A DNA stretch of 64,000 bases from Eubacteriales bacterium (GTDB lineage Bacteria; Bacillota; Clostridia; Oscillospirales; CAG-272): positions 159,933 through 223,932 of the forward strand of contig JAZRIQ010000004.1 of the NCBI GenBank assembly GCA_045645405.1, given 5' to 3'. The position numbers were made by a program, and so were the translations under genes. Of this stretch, positions 20,349 through 29,176 are shown piece by piece; position 1 is the stretch's first letter, and every line of letters starts with the position of its first letter. The notes beneath the pieces were generated by a model. The model was not told where the DNA came from and searched no databases. It saw nothing but the letters and a program-made list of their open reading frames with translations.

Positions 20349-21071
20349 ATGGATTATAGTAATAAAAACAATGAGCTTTTAAGACTAGCCGTAAGCGGTA
20401 ATGAAGCGGCAACTGCAGAATTGATGGAAATAAATTTTGGTCTGGTAAGATCAATCGCGCTTCGATTTCGTGATAGGGGTGTTGAATACGAGGATTTAAT
20501 ACAAATCGGTTCGATAGGAATGTTGAAAGCAATTCGTAGCTTTGACCTTGAAAAAGGAACAGTTTTTTCGACCTATGCTGTTCCTCTTATAATCGGTGAA
20601 ATTAAACGGTTTATTCGTGACGACGGTCTTATAAAGGTTAGCCGAGTGTACAAACAGCAAGGCGCGATGCTTATGAGAGAAAGAGAAAAATTCACTAATG
20701 AAATGGGACGAGAGCCAAAAATTGAAGAGCTTGCTAAAAGATGCGGTTTAAGTGTTGAAGAAGCATCTGTTGCAATTGATGCTACGTCAACCGTAAATTC
20801 TCTGTCTGCATCTATAAACGGCGATGATGAAAGCTTTACACTTGAAAGCACTTTAAGTTCTCAAAAAAATGAAATAGATGCTAAAATTGAGCATATTGCT
20901 TTATCCCAGGCAATTTCTTCTCTTCCACCACTATGGCGACAGATTGTAACATTACGATATCTTAAGGAATATTCTCAACAAATTACGGCGGAGATACTTG
21001 GACTAACGCAAGTAAAGGTATCAAGAGAGGAAAAGAAAATTTTCGAGGCGTTGCGAAAGAAATTATCATAA
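20349..21071 (+). CDS. sigF: RNA polymerase sporulation sigma factor SigF
   Basis: Sigma-70 regions 2-4 (DLIQIGSIGMLKAIRSFD, YAVPLIIGEIKRFIRDDG). Third gene after spoIIAA and spoIIAB. Confidence 0.9.
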   Translation: MDYSNKNNELLRLAVSGNEAATAELMEINFGLVRSIALRFRDRGVEYEDLIQIGSIGMLKAIRSFDLEKGTVFSTYAVPLIIGEIKRFIRDDGLIKVSRVYKQQGAMLMREREKFTNEMGREPKIEELAKRCGLSVEEASVAIDATSTVNSLSASINGDDESFTLESTLSSQKNEIDAKIEHIALSQAISSLPPLWRQIVTLRYLKEYSQQITAEILGLTQVKVSREEKKIFEALRKKLS

Positions 21072-21076
21072 ACAAG

Positions 21077-21109
21077 AAGGAACTTTTGATTTTCAAAAGT
21101 TCCTTTTTT
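21077..21109. terminator. Bidirectional Rho-independent terminator
   Basis: Stem ggaacttttg pairs with caaaagttcc, followed by T6. It sits between convergent genes. Confidence 0.75.
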
Positions 21110-21623
21110 AGTTATGTTCTTTTTTACCTAATGTAATTTTTGATCGTTGTGAATAAACTATCGTTCCGTTATGAATTCCTTCATCAAATCCAAGACCACC
21201 AGTCAATTCTGTGCCATTTTCCAAAATTATGTACTTATGCCTATTACCTCTACAAACAGTAAACTCTCCATCATATATGAGATAATCTTTTATCACATAA
21301 TCTGTCCATCCCGGAATTACATAAAAAAACGACGGGACTATAATGGCAAATAGTAAAAGACAACAAATAAAAATTTCTAACCATATATCTTTTTTATCAA
21401 ATCTTTTTCGTTTCATCTTTTCAAATTTCTTTTTCGCATAAGGGTCGTTTTCTGCCTTGATTTTTAGCTTTTTATACACTTCTTTAGTTTTCTTATCTCT
21501 TTTATCAAAGAAAACAAAAAATCCCCAAACAGTAGCGGCTATGGCAATAGTTAGTATAAAAGTGAAACTTATGTTAGTAATCAGAAGATTTACTTCGTTT
21601 ATTTCAATTCCACTATATGTCAC
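21108..21623 (-). CDS. Hypothetical two-TM membrane protein
   Basis: A 171-aa ORF with two hydrophobic helices and a K-rich loop. No family recognised. Confidence 0.45.
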   Translation of the reverse strand: MTYSGIEINEVNLLITNISFTFILTIAIAATVWGFFVFFDKRDKKTKEVYKKLKIKAENDPYAKKKFEKMKRKRFDKKDIWLEIFICCLLLFAIIVPSFFYVIPGWTDYVIKDYLIYDGEFTVCRGNRHKYIILENGTELTGGLGFDEGIHNGTIVYSQRSKITLGKKEHN

Positions 21624-21743
21624 AAATACTTCACCTCTTCGAGGGTATTATACCACACCTTAGCAAACAAATCAAGATGAAACATAGCTGACTATACTTT
21701 GACTCACTTCTTATTGAAATAAACGGATTTTGACTCACTTTTT

Positions 21744-21852
21744 GACTATCTAAAGAGTAGGCAAAGAGTATGCAAAAAGTGGGTACTTTCCTTGTGGCAT
21801 AAGGAAAAAGACTACGTAAAGTACATACTCTTTGGGTACTCTTTACATAGTC
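21744..21852. repeat. Nested imperfect inverted repeat (about 109-nt extended hairpin) abutting tRNA-Leu
   Basis: Outer arms gactatctaaagagta (21744-59) and tactctttacatagtc (21837-52), 15/16 complementary. Inner arms caaagagtatg (21762-72) and catactctttg (21824-34), 11/11. Central arms ctttcctt and aaggaaaag. Confidence 0.65.
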
Positions 21853-21856
21853 TTTA

Positions 21857-21940
21857 TGGTGCAGGCGATGAGATTTGAACTCACAAGGTCAGACCATTGG
21901 CTTCTGAGACCAACGCGTATGCCAATTCCGCCACGCCTGC
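21857..21940 (-). tRNA. tRNA-Leu (anticodon CAG)
   Basis: The minus strand reads GCAGGCG-UG-GCGGAAUUGGCAUACGCG-U-UGGU CUCAGAA GCCAA-long variable arm-GAGUUCAAAUCUCAU-CGCCUGC-ACCA. It has a 7-bp acceptor stem, a U33-CAG-A37 anticodon loop, a class II variable arm and an encoded CCA. Confidence 0.9.
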
Positions 21941-21967
21941 GTATATGTAGCCCACTCTTGTAGGCTT

Positions 21968-22498
21968 TTATCTTATGAATACCTTTCGGTATGCATTTTT
22001 GCATTTAACAATAGTTGCAATTGCTTCTTCTCTACCGCAAATTTTATCTACTCTTGTTTCTTTATTTTCAAGGTATTTATAAATTTCAAAAAAGTGTTTA
22101 ATTTCTTGAAACTGGTGCTGCGGCAATTCTGAAATATCGGTATAATTATTTAAAAACGGATCATTCAAAGGAACTGCTATTATCTTTTCATCCTCATCAT
22201 TATCGTCAATCATTGTTATCATACCGATTGGATAGCATTCAAGTATAGAAAGAGGCGCTAACGTTTCTTGACAAAGGACTAAAACGTCAAGCGGGTCTCC
22301 ATCTTCAGAAAGTGTACGTGGAATGAACCCGTAGTTAGCGGGATAATGTGTTGAGGTATATAAAATCCTATCTAAACGAAGCATTCCGCTTTCTTTGTCT
22401 AATTCGTATTTATTCTTACTCCCCTTTGGGATTTCAATCACTGAAATAAAATTGTCAATTTTGATTCTTTCATCAGCAAAATCGTGCCATGGATTCAT
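21968..22498 (-). CDS. ppa: Inorganic pyrophosphatase (family I)
   Basis: IEIPKGSKNKYELD, YPANYGFIP and DGDPLDVLVL motifs. Confidence 0.93.
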   Translation of the reverse strand: MNPWHDFADERIKIDNFISVIEIPKGSKNKYELDKESGMLRLDRILYTSTHYPANYGFIPRTLSEDGDPLDVLVLCQETLAPLSILECYPIGMITMIDDNDEDEKIIAVPLNDPFLNNYTDISELPQHQFQEIKHFFEIYKYLENKETRVDKICGREEAIATIVKCKNAYRKVFIR

Positions 22499-22625
22499 AA
22501 AATCACTCCTACCACTCGATGTTTAATATTATATAACATTATTATTGTCGTGTCAATGAAAAAATTTGCAAAATAATAAAATTTATTTTTGTTTTTTTGG
22601 AAAGAATAATTTGCGAGGTGATAAT

Positions 22626-23921
22626 ATGGAATCAATTTGGCAAAATAACACAGATATACCGAAATTCAACTCGGTTTCTTCTGATTTTGACGTTGACGTT
22701 TTAATAATCGGCGGCGGACTTTGCGGCGTATTGTGCGCTTTTATGCTTAAAGAAGCGGGATTAAATTATGCTCTTGTTGAAAGTGATAAAATTTGCAATA
22801 AAACGACAGCGTACACAACTGCAAAAATAACCTCTCAGCATGGGTTTATTTATCACAAAATACTAAAAGCTCATGGAGTTGATTTTGCGAGATTGTATCT
22901 GGAATCAAATGAAAATGCAATTTCAAAATTCGAAAAGCTATCAAAAAGTTTCCAATGTGACTTTGAAAGAAAAGACAACTACGTTTATTCCCTAAATGAC
23001 AGGAATAAAATCGAAAAAGAGCTTGCAGCTCTTAATAAAATCGGATTTAACGATGCAAAATTTCACGAAAATCTTGATTTACCCTTCAAAAACTGCGGTG
23101 GAATATCATTTAAAAATCAAGCTCAATTCAACCCATTAAAATTCATATCACATATTGCAAAAGGATTAAATATATACGAAAATAGCCACGTTGGAGAGAT
23201 GATTGACAAAGTTGCGGTTATAAACGGTAAATATAAAATACGAGCAAAGAAAATCATAGTTACTACACACTTTCCGTTTATAAACAAGCATGGAGCTTTC
23301 TTTTTGAAAATGTTTCAGCACAGGTCATACGTTTTAGCCCTTAAAAATGCTCCTTTGGTTAATGGAATGTACGTAGATAACGATAAAAAAGGATTATCAT
23401 TCAGAAACTACGATAAATATTTGCTTTTGGGCGGAGGGAGTCATAGAACGGGCAAGGACGGAGGCGGCTTTTTAGAATTAGAGGAATTTGCAAAAAAATA
23501 TTTTCCAAAATCAACAGTAGAATATAAGTGGGCAACACAAGATTGTATAACACTTGACAACATGCCATATATTGGTAATTATTCAAAATCAACACCAAAT
23601 CTATATGTTGCAACAGGCTTTAATAAATGGGGCATGACAAGCAGTATGGTGGCTTCTGAAATTTTATGTGATTTGGTATCAGAAAAAGAAAATAAATACT
23701 CAAAAGTATTTTCTCCCTCAAGAAGCATTCTACACGTTCAGCTTGCTGTCAATACCTTTGAGTCATTAAAAGGTTTTCTAACATTAACTAAAAAACGCTG
23801 TCCTCACTTGGGGTGCGGTTTAACATGGAATAAATATGAGCATAGCTGGGATTGTAGCTGTCACGGTTCTCGTTTTGATGAGAACGGAAACGTTCTTGAT
23901 AATCCTGCAAATAAAAAATAG
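22626..23921 (+). CDS. FAD-dependent oxidoreductase with C-terminal Rieske [2Fe-2S] domain (YhfW-like)
   Basis: Dinucleotide-binding motif DVLIIGGGLCG and C-terminal Rieske ligands CPHLGC...CSCHGS. The start at 22626 has a GAGGTG Shine-Dalgarno. Confidence 0.8.
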   Translation: MESIWQNNTDIPKFNSVSSDFDVDVLIIGGGLCGVLCAFMLKEAGLNYALVESDKICNKTTAYTTAKITSQHGFIYHKILKAHGVDFARLYLESNENAISKFEKLSKSFQCDFERKDNYVYSLNDRNKIEKELAALNKIGFNDAKFHENLDLPFKNCGGISFKNQAQFNPLKFISHIAKGLNIYENSHVGEMIDKVAVINGKYKIRAKKIIVTTHFPFINKHGAFFLKMFQHRSYVLALKNAPLVNGMYVDNDKKGLSFRNYDKYLLLGGGSHRTGKDGGGFLELEEFAKKYFPKSTVEYKWATQDCITLDNMPYIGNYSKSTPNLYVATGFNKWGMTSSMVASEILCDLVSEKENKYSKVFSPSRSILHVQLAVNTFESLKGFLTLTKKRCPHLGCGLTWNKYEHSWDCSCHGSRFDENGNVLDNPANKK

Positions 23922-23940
23922 CCTAAACGGCTATTTTTTC
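23913..23940. terminator. Rho-independent terminator
   Basis: Stem atagcc pairs with ggctat, flanked by an A-run and T6. It sits between convergent genes. Confidence 0.6.
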
Positions 23941-23949
23941 TATTTAATT

Positions 23950-24420
23950 TTAACCGTTTTTTAAATTTTCAAGCAAATTATTTAAATAATTTTCTAAAAC
24001 GAAAATAGCATCCTTTATTTCTTTTGGAGTTAAATTTTTCTTACCGATTTCATCAATTTGCTTTAAAATATCATTCCTTTTCTCACATAGATCTTTTCCC
24101 TTTTCGGTCAGATAAACTCTTATGCATCTCATATCGTAGCTATCGGTTATACGGCTTACAATTCCTTTTTCTTCAAGCTTTGCCAAAGTTACGCTAATTG
24201 TAGAGCCTTTCAAATGTGTAACTCTTACAAGCTCATTTTGTGTTTGACCGTCCTGTTTTACTAAAACCTCTAAAATAAATCTGGAAGCTTTTTGATTCAA
24301 AAATTCATCTTTAGAAATTTTAGCAATTTGTTCCTCATATACCTTGGATAATAAATTCGTAAGCGAAATTATCGGAGTGCTTGAAACGGCTTCTTTATCA
24401 ACAAGTTCAAATTCATTCAT
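23950..24420 (-). CDS. MarR family transcriptional regulator
   Basis: Winged-helix core QTQNELVRVTHLKGSTISVTLAKLEEKGIVSR...D.R in a protein of about 150 aa. Confidence 0.85.
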   Translation of the reverse strand: MNEFELVDKEAVSSTPIISLTNLLSKVYEEQIAKISKDEFLNQKASRFILEVLVKQDGQTQNELVRVTHLKGSTISVTLAKLEEKGIVSRITDSYDMRCIRVYLTEKGKDLCEKRNDILKQIDEIGKKNLTPKEIKDAIFVLENYLNNLLENLKNG

Positions 24421-24599
24421 TAAAATAACCTCTTATTTCAAAGTCAGTTATGACATTATATATTATTTTTCAAATCTTGTCAACCTAAATTATATTTAAA
24501 AATTTGGCATTTAATTTCATACTCCTATGAAATTGTCAAACATAAATTTATAGTAATAACACAAATTAAATATGAACAAAGTTGAAAGGACTAAATAAA

Positions 24600-25652
24600 A
24601 TGAAATTTAATAAAAAAATTTTATGTCTTATCTCTTTTATTTTAGTTTTTCTTTGCTTCGCAAGTAGCGTTGGAGCAATAGACTACGTTTATAATAAAAA
24701 AGATAAGACAGAAACGGATTTATCAGATATTGAATTATACCCCGGCGGTATGCCCTTCGGCGTTAAAATTCAAATAAAAGGCTTGCAGGTGGTTAAATTC
24801 AATGAAGGAAATTCTCCGGCACGTTCAGCAGGTATAAAACCGGGTGACTTAATTACAAAAGTAAATAATATCGAGATTGAAAGTATTGAAAATTTTTCAA
24901 ATTTAATAAACAAATCAAACGGCAAAGATATCACAATAACCGTAGTAAGAAATGATAAAGAAATAAATTTTAAAGTTAAGCCAATATATGATAGCGATGA
25001 GGGAAAATATAAAACAGGCGTTTGGATTAAAGATTCTACGTCTGGAATCGGAACTGTTACATTTATAAATCCCGAAAATAACGCTTTTGGCGGCTTAGGA
25101 CACGGAATTTGCGACAGTTACACAGGAAAAGTAATAGAATTATCAAGAGGGACAGTTCTCGATGTTAAAATTAACGGAGTTTTAAAAGGACAAATAGGTA
25201 AGGCGGGGGAATTAAAAGGAACATTTAACACTAAAAAAATAGGTACTTTGAATAAAAATTCCGCCTGTGGCGTTTTTGGTTTTCTCTCTTCAATGCCAAC
25301 CGCTCCCGAAAACAAGCTTAAGCTTTGCCCTAAAAACGAAGTAAAAGCATCAAATGCATATATTTGGTGTACCTTAAGTGACGAAGCCCCACAAAAATAC
25401 TCCATTCAAATTTCTGATATTGACTTAAGTAACGGTGGATACAAAAATTTTAAAATTAAAATTACGGATAAAAGACTATTAGAGCGTTCGGGAGGAATTG
25501 TGCAGGGTATGAGCGGAAGTCCTATAATACAAGACGGCAGATTAGTCGGTGCAGTTACACACGTTTTAATAAACGACCCCACAGAGGGATATGGAATTTT
25601 TATTGAAAATATGCTGAACGCCGCACAAATGCCCTTGGCAAAGGCATCATAA
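24600..25652 (+). CDS. spoIVB: SpoIVB signalling serine peptidase (S55); the last 47 codons are supplied by repeat and cassette DNA
   Basis: Signal-anchor N-terminus, PDZ domain (GIKPGDLITKVNN), and protease domain with [24 protein letters not shown]. The ATG at 24600 is preferred over the TTG at 24582. Confidence 0.9.
   Translation: MKFNKKILCLISFILVFLCFASSVGAIDYVYNKKDKTETDLSDIELYPGGMPFGVKIQIKGLQVVKFNEGNSPARSAGIKPGDLITKVNNIEIESIENFSNLINKSNGKDITITVVRNDKEINFKVKPIYDSDEGKYKTGVWIKDSTSGIGTVTFINPENNAFGGLGHGICDSYTGKVIELSRGTVLDVKINGVLKGQIGKAGELKGTFNTKKIGTLNKNSACGVFGFLSSMPTAPENKLKLCPKNEVKASNAYIWCTLSDEAPQKYSIQISDIDLSNGGYKNFKIKITDKRLLERSGGIVQGMSGSPIIQDGRLVGAVTHVLINDPTEGYGIFIENMLNAAQMPLAKAS
25510..25620 (+). 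repeat. Left copy of the 111-bp direct repeat (spoIVB codons SGSPIIQ...ENMLN)
   Basis: Same sequence as 30007-30117. The first 85 nt or so are identical by eye, with 3 mismatches near the 3' end. Confidence 0.9.
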
Positions 25653-25682
25653 CGTGGTAAAACAGGAAAATATATGAAAAAA

Positions 25683-25738
25683 GTTGTCCCTTTTGTAACA
25701 CACCAAACGAGTGTGATATAATAGGGACAACAGTTTTT
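25683..25738 (+). terminator. Cassette-borne terminator now serving spoIVB
   Basis: Stem gttgtccct (25683-91) pairs with agggacaac (25723-31), with an inner cacac/gtgtg stem, followed by T6. Confidence 0.6.
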
Positions 25739-25784
25739 TGTCATGAGTTATTCAATTTTGTGTGTTGTCTCTGTTATAACCCAC

Positions 25785-26567
25785 TCACGGCAATGAACGA
25801 TGCCGTTTTACGATTTGACTCGGAGGAATCCCCACCCGTTTTGTGAATTCTCTTGAGAAATGGCAGGGTTCGGCATAACCGCATAGTGTGGCAATTTCAG
25901 CAATCGAAAAATCGTCTGACTTCAATAAATTTTTGGCATAATCCATTCTCTTTTGTATCATATATTCCTTTGGCGACACACCAAAGGAATTCAAAAATAT
26001 CTTTCTGAAATACACCTCGCTTATTCCGCAGAGCGAGGCAAGATAAGAAATGTTCAGAGAATTATCGGTAAACTGTTGATTAATCACATCAACGGCAGGA
26101 TCGATGATCAAACGTTGAGTTTTGGGCACATACTGCCTGTGTATTTCTTTTTGAGCCTTGTAAACGGCATCATAAACAGCTCGCATAGCAAGAGCAACAC
26201 GTAAGTTATCCTTAATTTTCCAAGAGTCAGCTGCCGCCTTGAAATTGTGTAATAGCTTTTCTGCATTTCTTAAGGATACGCAAAAGGGCTCGTCGGAAAT
26301 ATCCGCGGCAAAATTGATAGCATAACAACCGCCGTTTCGGATTTGTTCTACATGATAAGAAGAACCTTTTGGCAAATAAAACAAGCTATTCCCTTCGGTT
26401 CTCATAGCATATCCGTTGTCAAAGCAATAATCTCTGACAACCTCGGAATCGTTTAGTACAAATCCGTGAAACGGACGGTTTTTATGTATATGCCTTCCCG
26501 TGTTCGGTGCCACGTAAACGGCAACACTGATTTCGGTTATTACGGCGGACTCCCATAGCTTGTTCAT
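25785..26567 (-). CDS. AraC family transcriptional regulator
   Basis: Cupin-like N-terminal domain and a C-terminal double HTH (ISYLASLCGISEVYFRKIF...IAEIATLCGYAEPCHFSREF). The start at 26567 lies 6 nt after a GAGGTG Shine-Dalgarno. It is divergent from the GRE gene. Confidence 0.85.
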   Translation of the reverse strand: MNKLWESAVITEISVAVYVAPNTGRHIHKNRPFHGFVLNDSEVVRDYCFDNGYAMRTEGNSLFYLPKGSSYHVEQIRNGGCYAINFAADISDEPFCVSLRNAEKLLHNFKAAADSWKIKDNLRVALAMRAVYDAVYKAQKEIHRQYVPKTQRLIIDPAVDVINQQFTDNSLNISYLASLCGISEVYFRKIFLNSFGVSPKEYMIQKRMDYAKNLLKSDDFSIAEIATLCGYAEPCHFSREFTKRVGIPPSQIVKRHRSLP

Positions 26568-26631
26568 TCTCATCACCTCGATTGAATTATACAATACAGT
26601 TTCGATTTCGTCAAGTGTTTTCTTTTATTCA

Positions 26632-26659
26632 TTTACAATATCCAACAATATGATATAAT
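26632..26659 (+). promoter_or_regulatory. Candidate promoter of the GRE operon
   Basis: TTTACA (26632-37), a 16-nt spacer, then TATAAT (26654-59), in the AT-rich divergent intergenic region. Confidence 0.35.
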
Positions 26660-26695
26660 GTAAGATAATAAACAAACCATTTACGGAGGTTATTC

Positions 26696-28900
26696 ATGAA
26701 ATATATCCGTCAAGTCGATTTCGAATATATCATCAACAAATACCACGACACATCAAAGCCCTTTGACGGTTATGCGCGTTTTATACGCCGAGACGAGCTG
26801 TTTACGCCCGAAACGGGATCGGCTCCCGACGATATCATTTCGGGGATATTGAAAAACGACAAATCGTATCAAAGCCTGCCTCATTGCATACGCAAGGCTC
26901 GCGCACTCGAATACGTTTTGAAAAACACAAGAATTTCTTGTGATAAACGTGACATATTCCCCGCAATCAACATGGTAGACCGTCCCCTTTCCAAAGCTCT
27001 TATTTCCCATTGGAATCACGAGGTAACATGCGGCACCGTTCCAGAAATTGAGAAGCGCCGCGCACAGCTTGAAAAGGACGGTGCCGTTACAATTTGGCTT
27101 GATTACGACCACAGCGTTCCCGTTTGGGACAGACTTTTTGAGCTTGGATTTATCGGAATTTTAGAGGAAAGCGAAACGGTACGCAAAAACAGACAGCTTA
27201 CCGAAAAGGAAGATGCGTTTTTCGAGGGGATCAAAATAACGTATGAGGCTCTTCTTATATTTATAGAACGTCTTGAAAAAATGGCAACCACCGACAAAAT
27301 GAGAAACGCCCTTCATGCTCTCCGCTATGGAGCACCTCGGAGCTTTTACGAGGCACTGCTTCTTTCCTACATTTATTTTATGATCAGCGAACATATCGAC
27401 AATCTGCAGGTACGCTCGCTTTCGGGATTTGATACTTCTTTCTATCAATTTTATCGGAACGATATAAAAAATGGCATCTCCGCGGACGAGATCAAAAGCG
27501 ACCTTGCATACTATCTTATGCAATTCACGGCAATCGGCAATTATTGGAATCAGCCCGTGTATCTCGGCGGTGAAAACGCCGACGGTTCGAGCGTCATAAA
27601 TGAACTGTCTTATCTTTTCCTCGACGTTTACGACGAGATGAATATCTACAATCCAAAAATACAGATCAAGGTATGCGAGTCAACCCCGAAGGCTATTTTA
27701 CTCAAGGCACTTGATATGATCCGCCGAGGCAGAAACAGTATAGTATTTGTCTCGGACGCTACAATTCGAAAGGCACTTGAAGGAGTAGGCTGTACTGCCG
27801 ACGGGGCAAGAACCTGCAACATCACCGGCTGTTACGAATATTCGCCACAAGGATCCTACAACACGGGTATGAATTATCTGAATATGCTAAAGCCCCTGGA
27901 GTATACGCTTCACCGAGGGTGTGACGGCATAACAGGCGTGTTTTCAGGACTCGAAAGCCCCGATATTTCCCAATACACAACATTCGAGCATTTGTATGCA
28001 GAATACAAGAGACAATTACTTCGTATCATAGACGTCACTGTAGAAACTGCCAACGGACTTGAACGGTATCTCTCCGAAATCAACCCGTTGTCCCTGCTCT
28101 CGGCAACGTTTTCCTCTTGTCTTGATAAAGCCAAGGACGCGATCGGCGGCGGTAGCGGCAACAACGATTCGCTGCTCATGTTCGGCTTTCTCGGAGACAT
28201 TACCGATTCGCTTATGATGATAAAAAAACACGTATATGAAAATAACGACCTGACGCTTGACGAGCTTGTGTCGACTTTGGATAAAAACTTTGAGGGCAGC
28301 GAAATTCTTCGCAGAAAGCTTCTATCCGACCGCGAAAAGTGGGGTAACAACAAGGAGCGCCCCGATGCGATCGCGGTGGATCTTGTGAATTTTATAACGT
28401 CAAATCTTTGCGGCAGACCGAACACCCGTGACGGCGCGTGGAACTGTGGCTTCCACGTAGCGCGTATGTCCTACACGCAGGGTAAAAAAACTGCCGCAAG
28501 TGCAAATGGGAGAGCTTTTGGAGAAGAGCTATCCAAGAATATTTCGGCATCCATGGGGCAAAACAGAGAGGGTGCTACCGCCGCAATCCTCTCGGCAACT
28601 AAAATTGATGCCACCTCATTTACCTGTGACGCCGCGCTCGACCTCGGCTTGCTTCCTTCCGCTGTTAAAGGCGACGATGGACTCGAGGCTATGTACGGTC
28701 TGATTATGACCTTCTGCAAGCGAGGCGGTCACGCGCTTCACATCAATGTATTTGATGCCGACACCCTTCGCGATGCGCAAGCTCATCCCGAAAAGTATCA
28801 AGATCTTCAGATTCGCGTCTGCGGCTGGAACGTGCTTTGGAACAATATCAATAAAGAAGAACAGGACGGCTTTATCCGTCAGGCAGAGGCCTTGATTTAA
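26696..28900 (+). CDS. Glycyl radical enzyme (PFL2/dehydratase-like family), substrate unknown
   Basis: GRE fingerprints: PVYLGGENADGSSVINELSYL; Cys loop CNITGCYEYSP (C379 and E381, codons 27830-32 and 27836-38); ANGRAFGEELS; C-terminal GGHALHINVFDADTLRDAQAHPEKYQDLQIRVCGWN (G710, codon 28823-25). Confidence 0.88.
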   Translation: MKYIRQVDFEYIINKYHDTSKPFDGYARFIRRDELFTPETGSAPDDIISGILKNDKSYQSLPHCIRKARALEYVLKNTRISCDKRDIFPAINMVDRPLSKALISHWNHEVTCGTVPEIEKRRAQLEKDGAVTIWLDYDHSVPVWDRLFELGFIGILEESETVRKNRQLTEKEDAFFEGIKITYEALLIFIERLEKMATTDKMRNALHALRYGAPRSFYEALLLSYIYFMISEHIDNLQVRSLSGFDTSFYQFYRNDIKNGISADEIKSDLAYYLMQFTAIGNYWNQPVYLGGENADGSSVINELSYLFLDVYDEMNIYNPKIQIKVCESTPKAILLKALDMIRRGRNSIVFVSDATIRKALEGVGCTADGARTCNITGCYEYSPQGSYNTGMNYLNMLKPLEYTLHRGCDGITGVFSGLESPDISQYTTFEHLYAEYKRQLLRIIDVTVETANGLERYLSEINPLSLLSATFSSCLDKAKDAIGGGSGNNDSLLMFGFLGDITDSLMMIKKHVYENNDLTLDELVSTLDKNFEGSEILRRKLLSDREKWGNNKERPDAIAVDLVNFITSNLCGRPNTRDGAWNCGFHVARMSYTQGKKTAASANGRAFGEELSKNISASMGQNREGATAAILSATKIDATSFTCDAALDLGLLPSAVKGDDGLEAMYGLIMTFCKRGGHALHINVFDADTLRDAQAHPEKYQDLQIRVCGWNVLWNNINKEEQDGFIRQAEALI

Positions 28901-28939
28901 GAAAGGAAGGCTTTCGAAACGAAAGCCATGGTCATAATA

Positions 28940-29176
28940 ATGGAAAAGAAAAAGGTTTTACTTATTGGCGATTCTATAAGAATGGGATACGATAAATACG
29001 TAAAAAATTATCTTGCCGATTCTTGCGAAGTTTATTATCCCAAGGACAACTGCCGTTTTGCACAGTACACCCTAAGACACTTGAGCGATTGGAAAATTTG
29101 CGAGATGCTTGACATAGAATACAGAGAATTTACGTTAGCCGATTATGAAAGCGTCAAAGAGGTTATAGGTCTGTAA
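28940..29176 (+). pseudogene. SGNH/GDSL hydrolase N-terminal fragment (about 78 aa)
   Basis: KKVLLIGDSIRMGY is SGNH block I, but the ORF stops after about 80 aa, whereas family members are about 200 aa. G+C is locally lower than in the neighbouring GRE genes. Confidence 0.45.

Noticed and set aside
25406-25744. 112-aa minus-strand ORF, and its look-alike at 29972-30181, sharing [29 protein letters not shown]
   Set aside because: Both are antisense read-throughs of the 111-bp spoIVB repeat. The shared peptide is a by-product of the DNA repeat, not a duplicated gene.
27910-28425. 171-aa antisense ORF, plus several other 60-120-aa alternate-frame ORFs (26753-27523, 28016-28801, 29192-29515, 29714-29902) inside the cassette
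   Set aside because: Long spurious ORFs are expected in GC-richer DNA. All overlap well-supported GRE or activase coding frames, and none has a Shine-Dalgarno or recognisable motifs.
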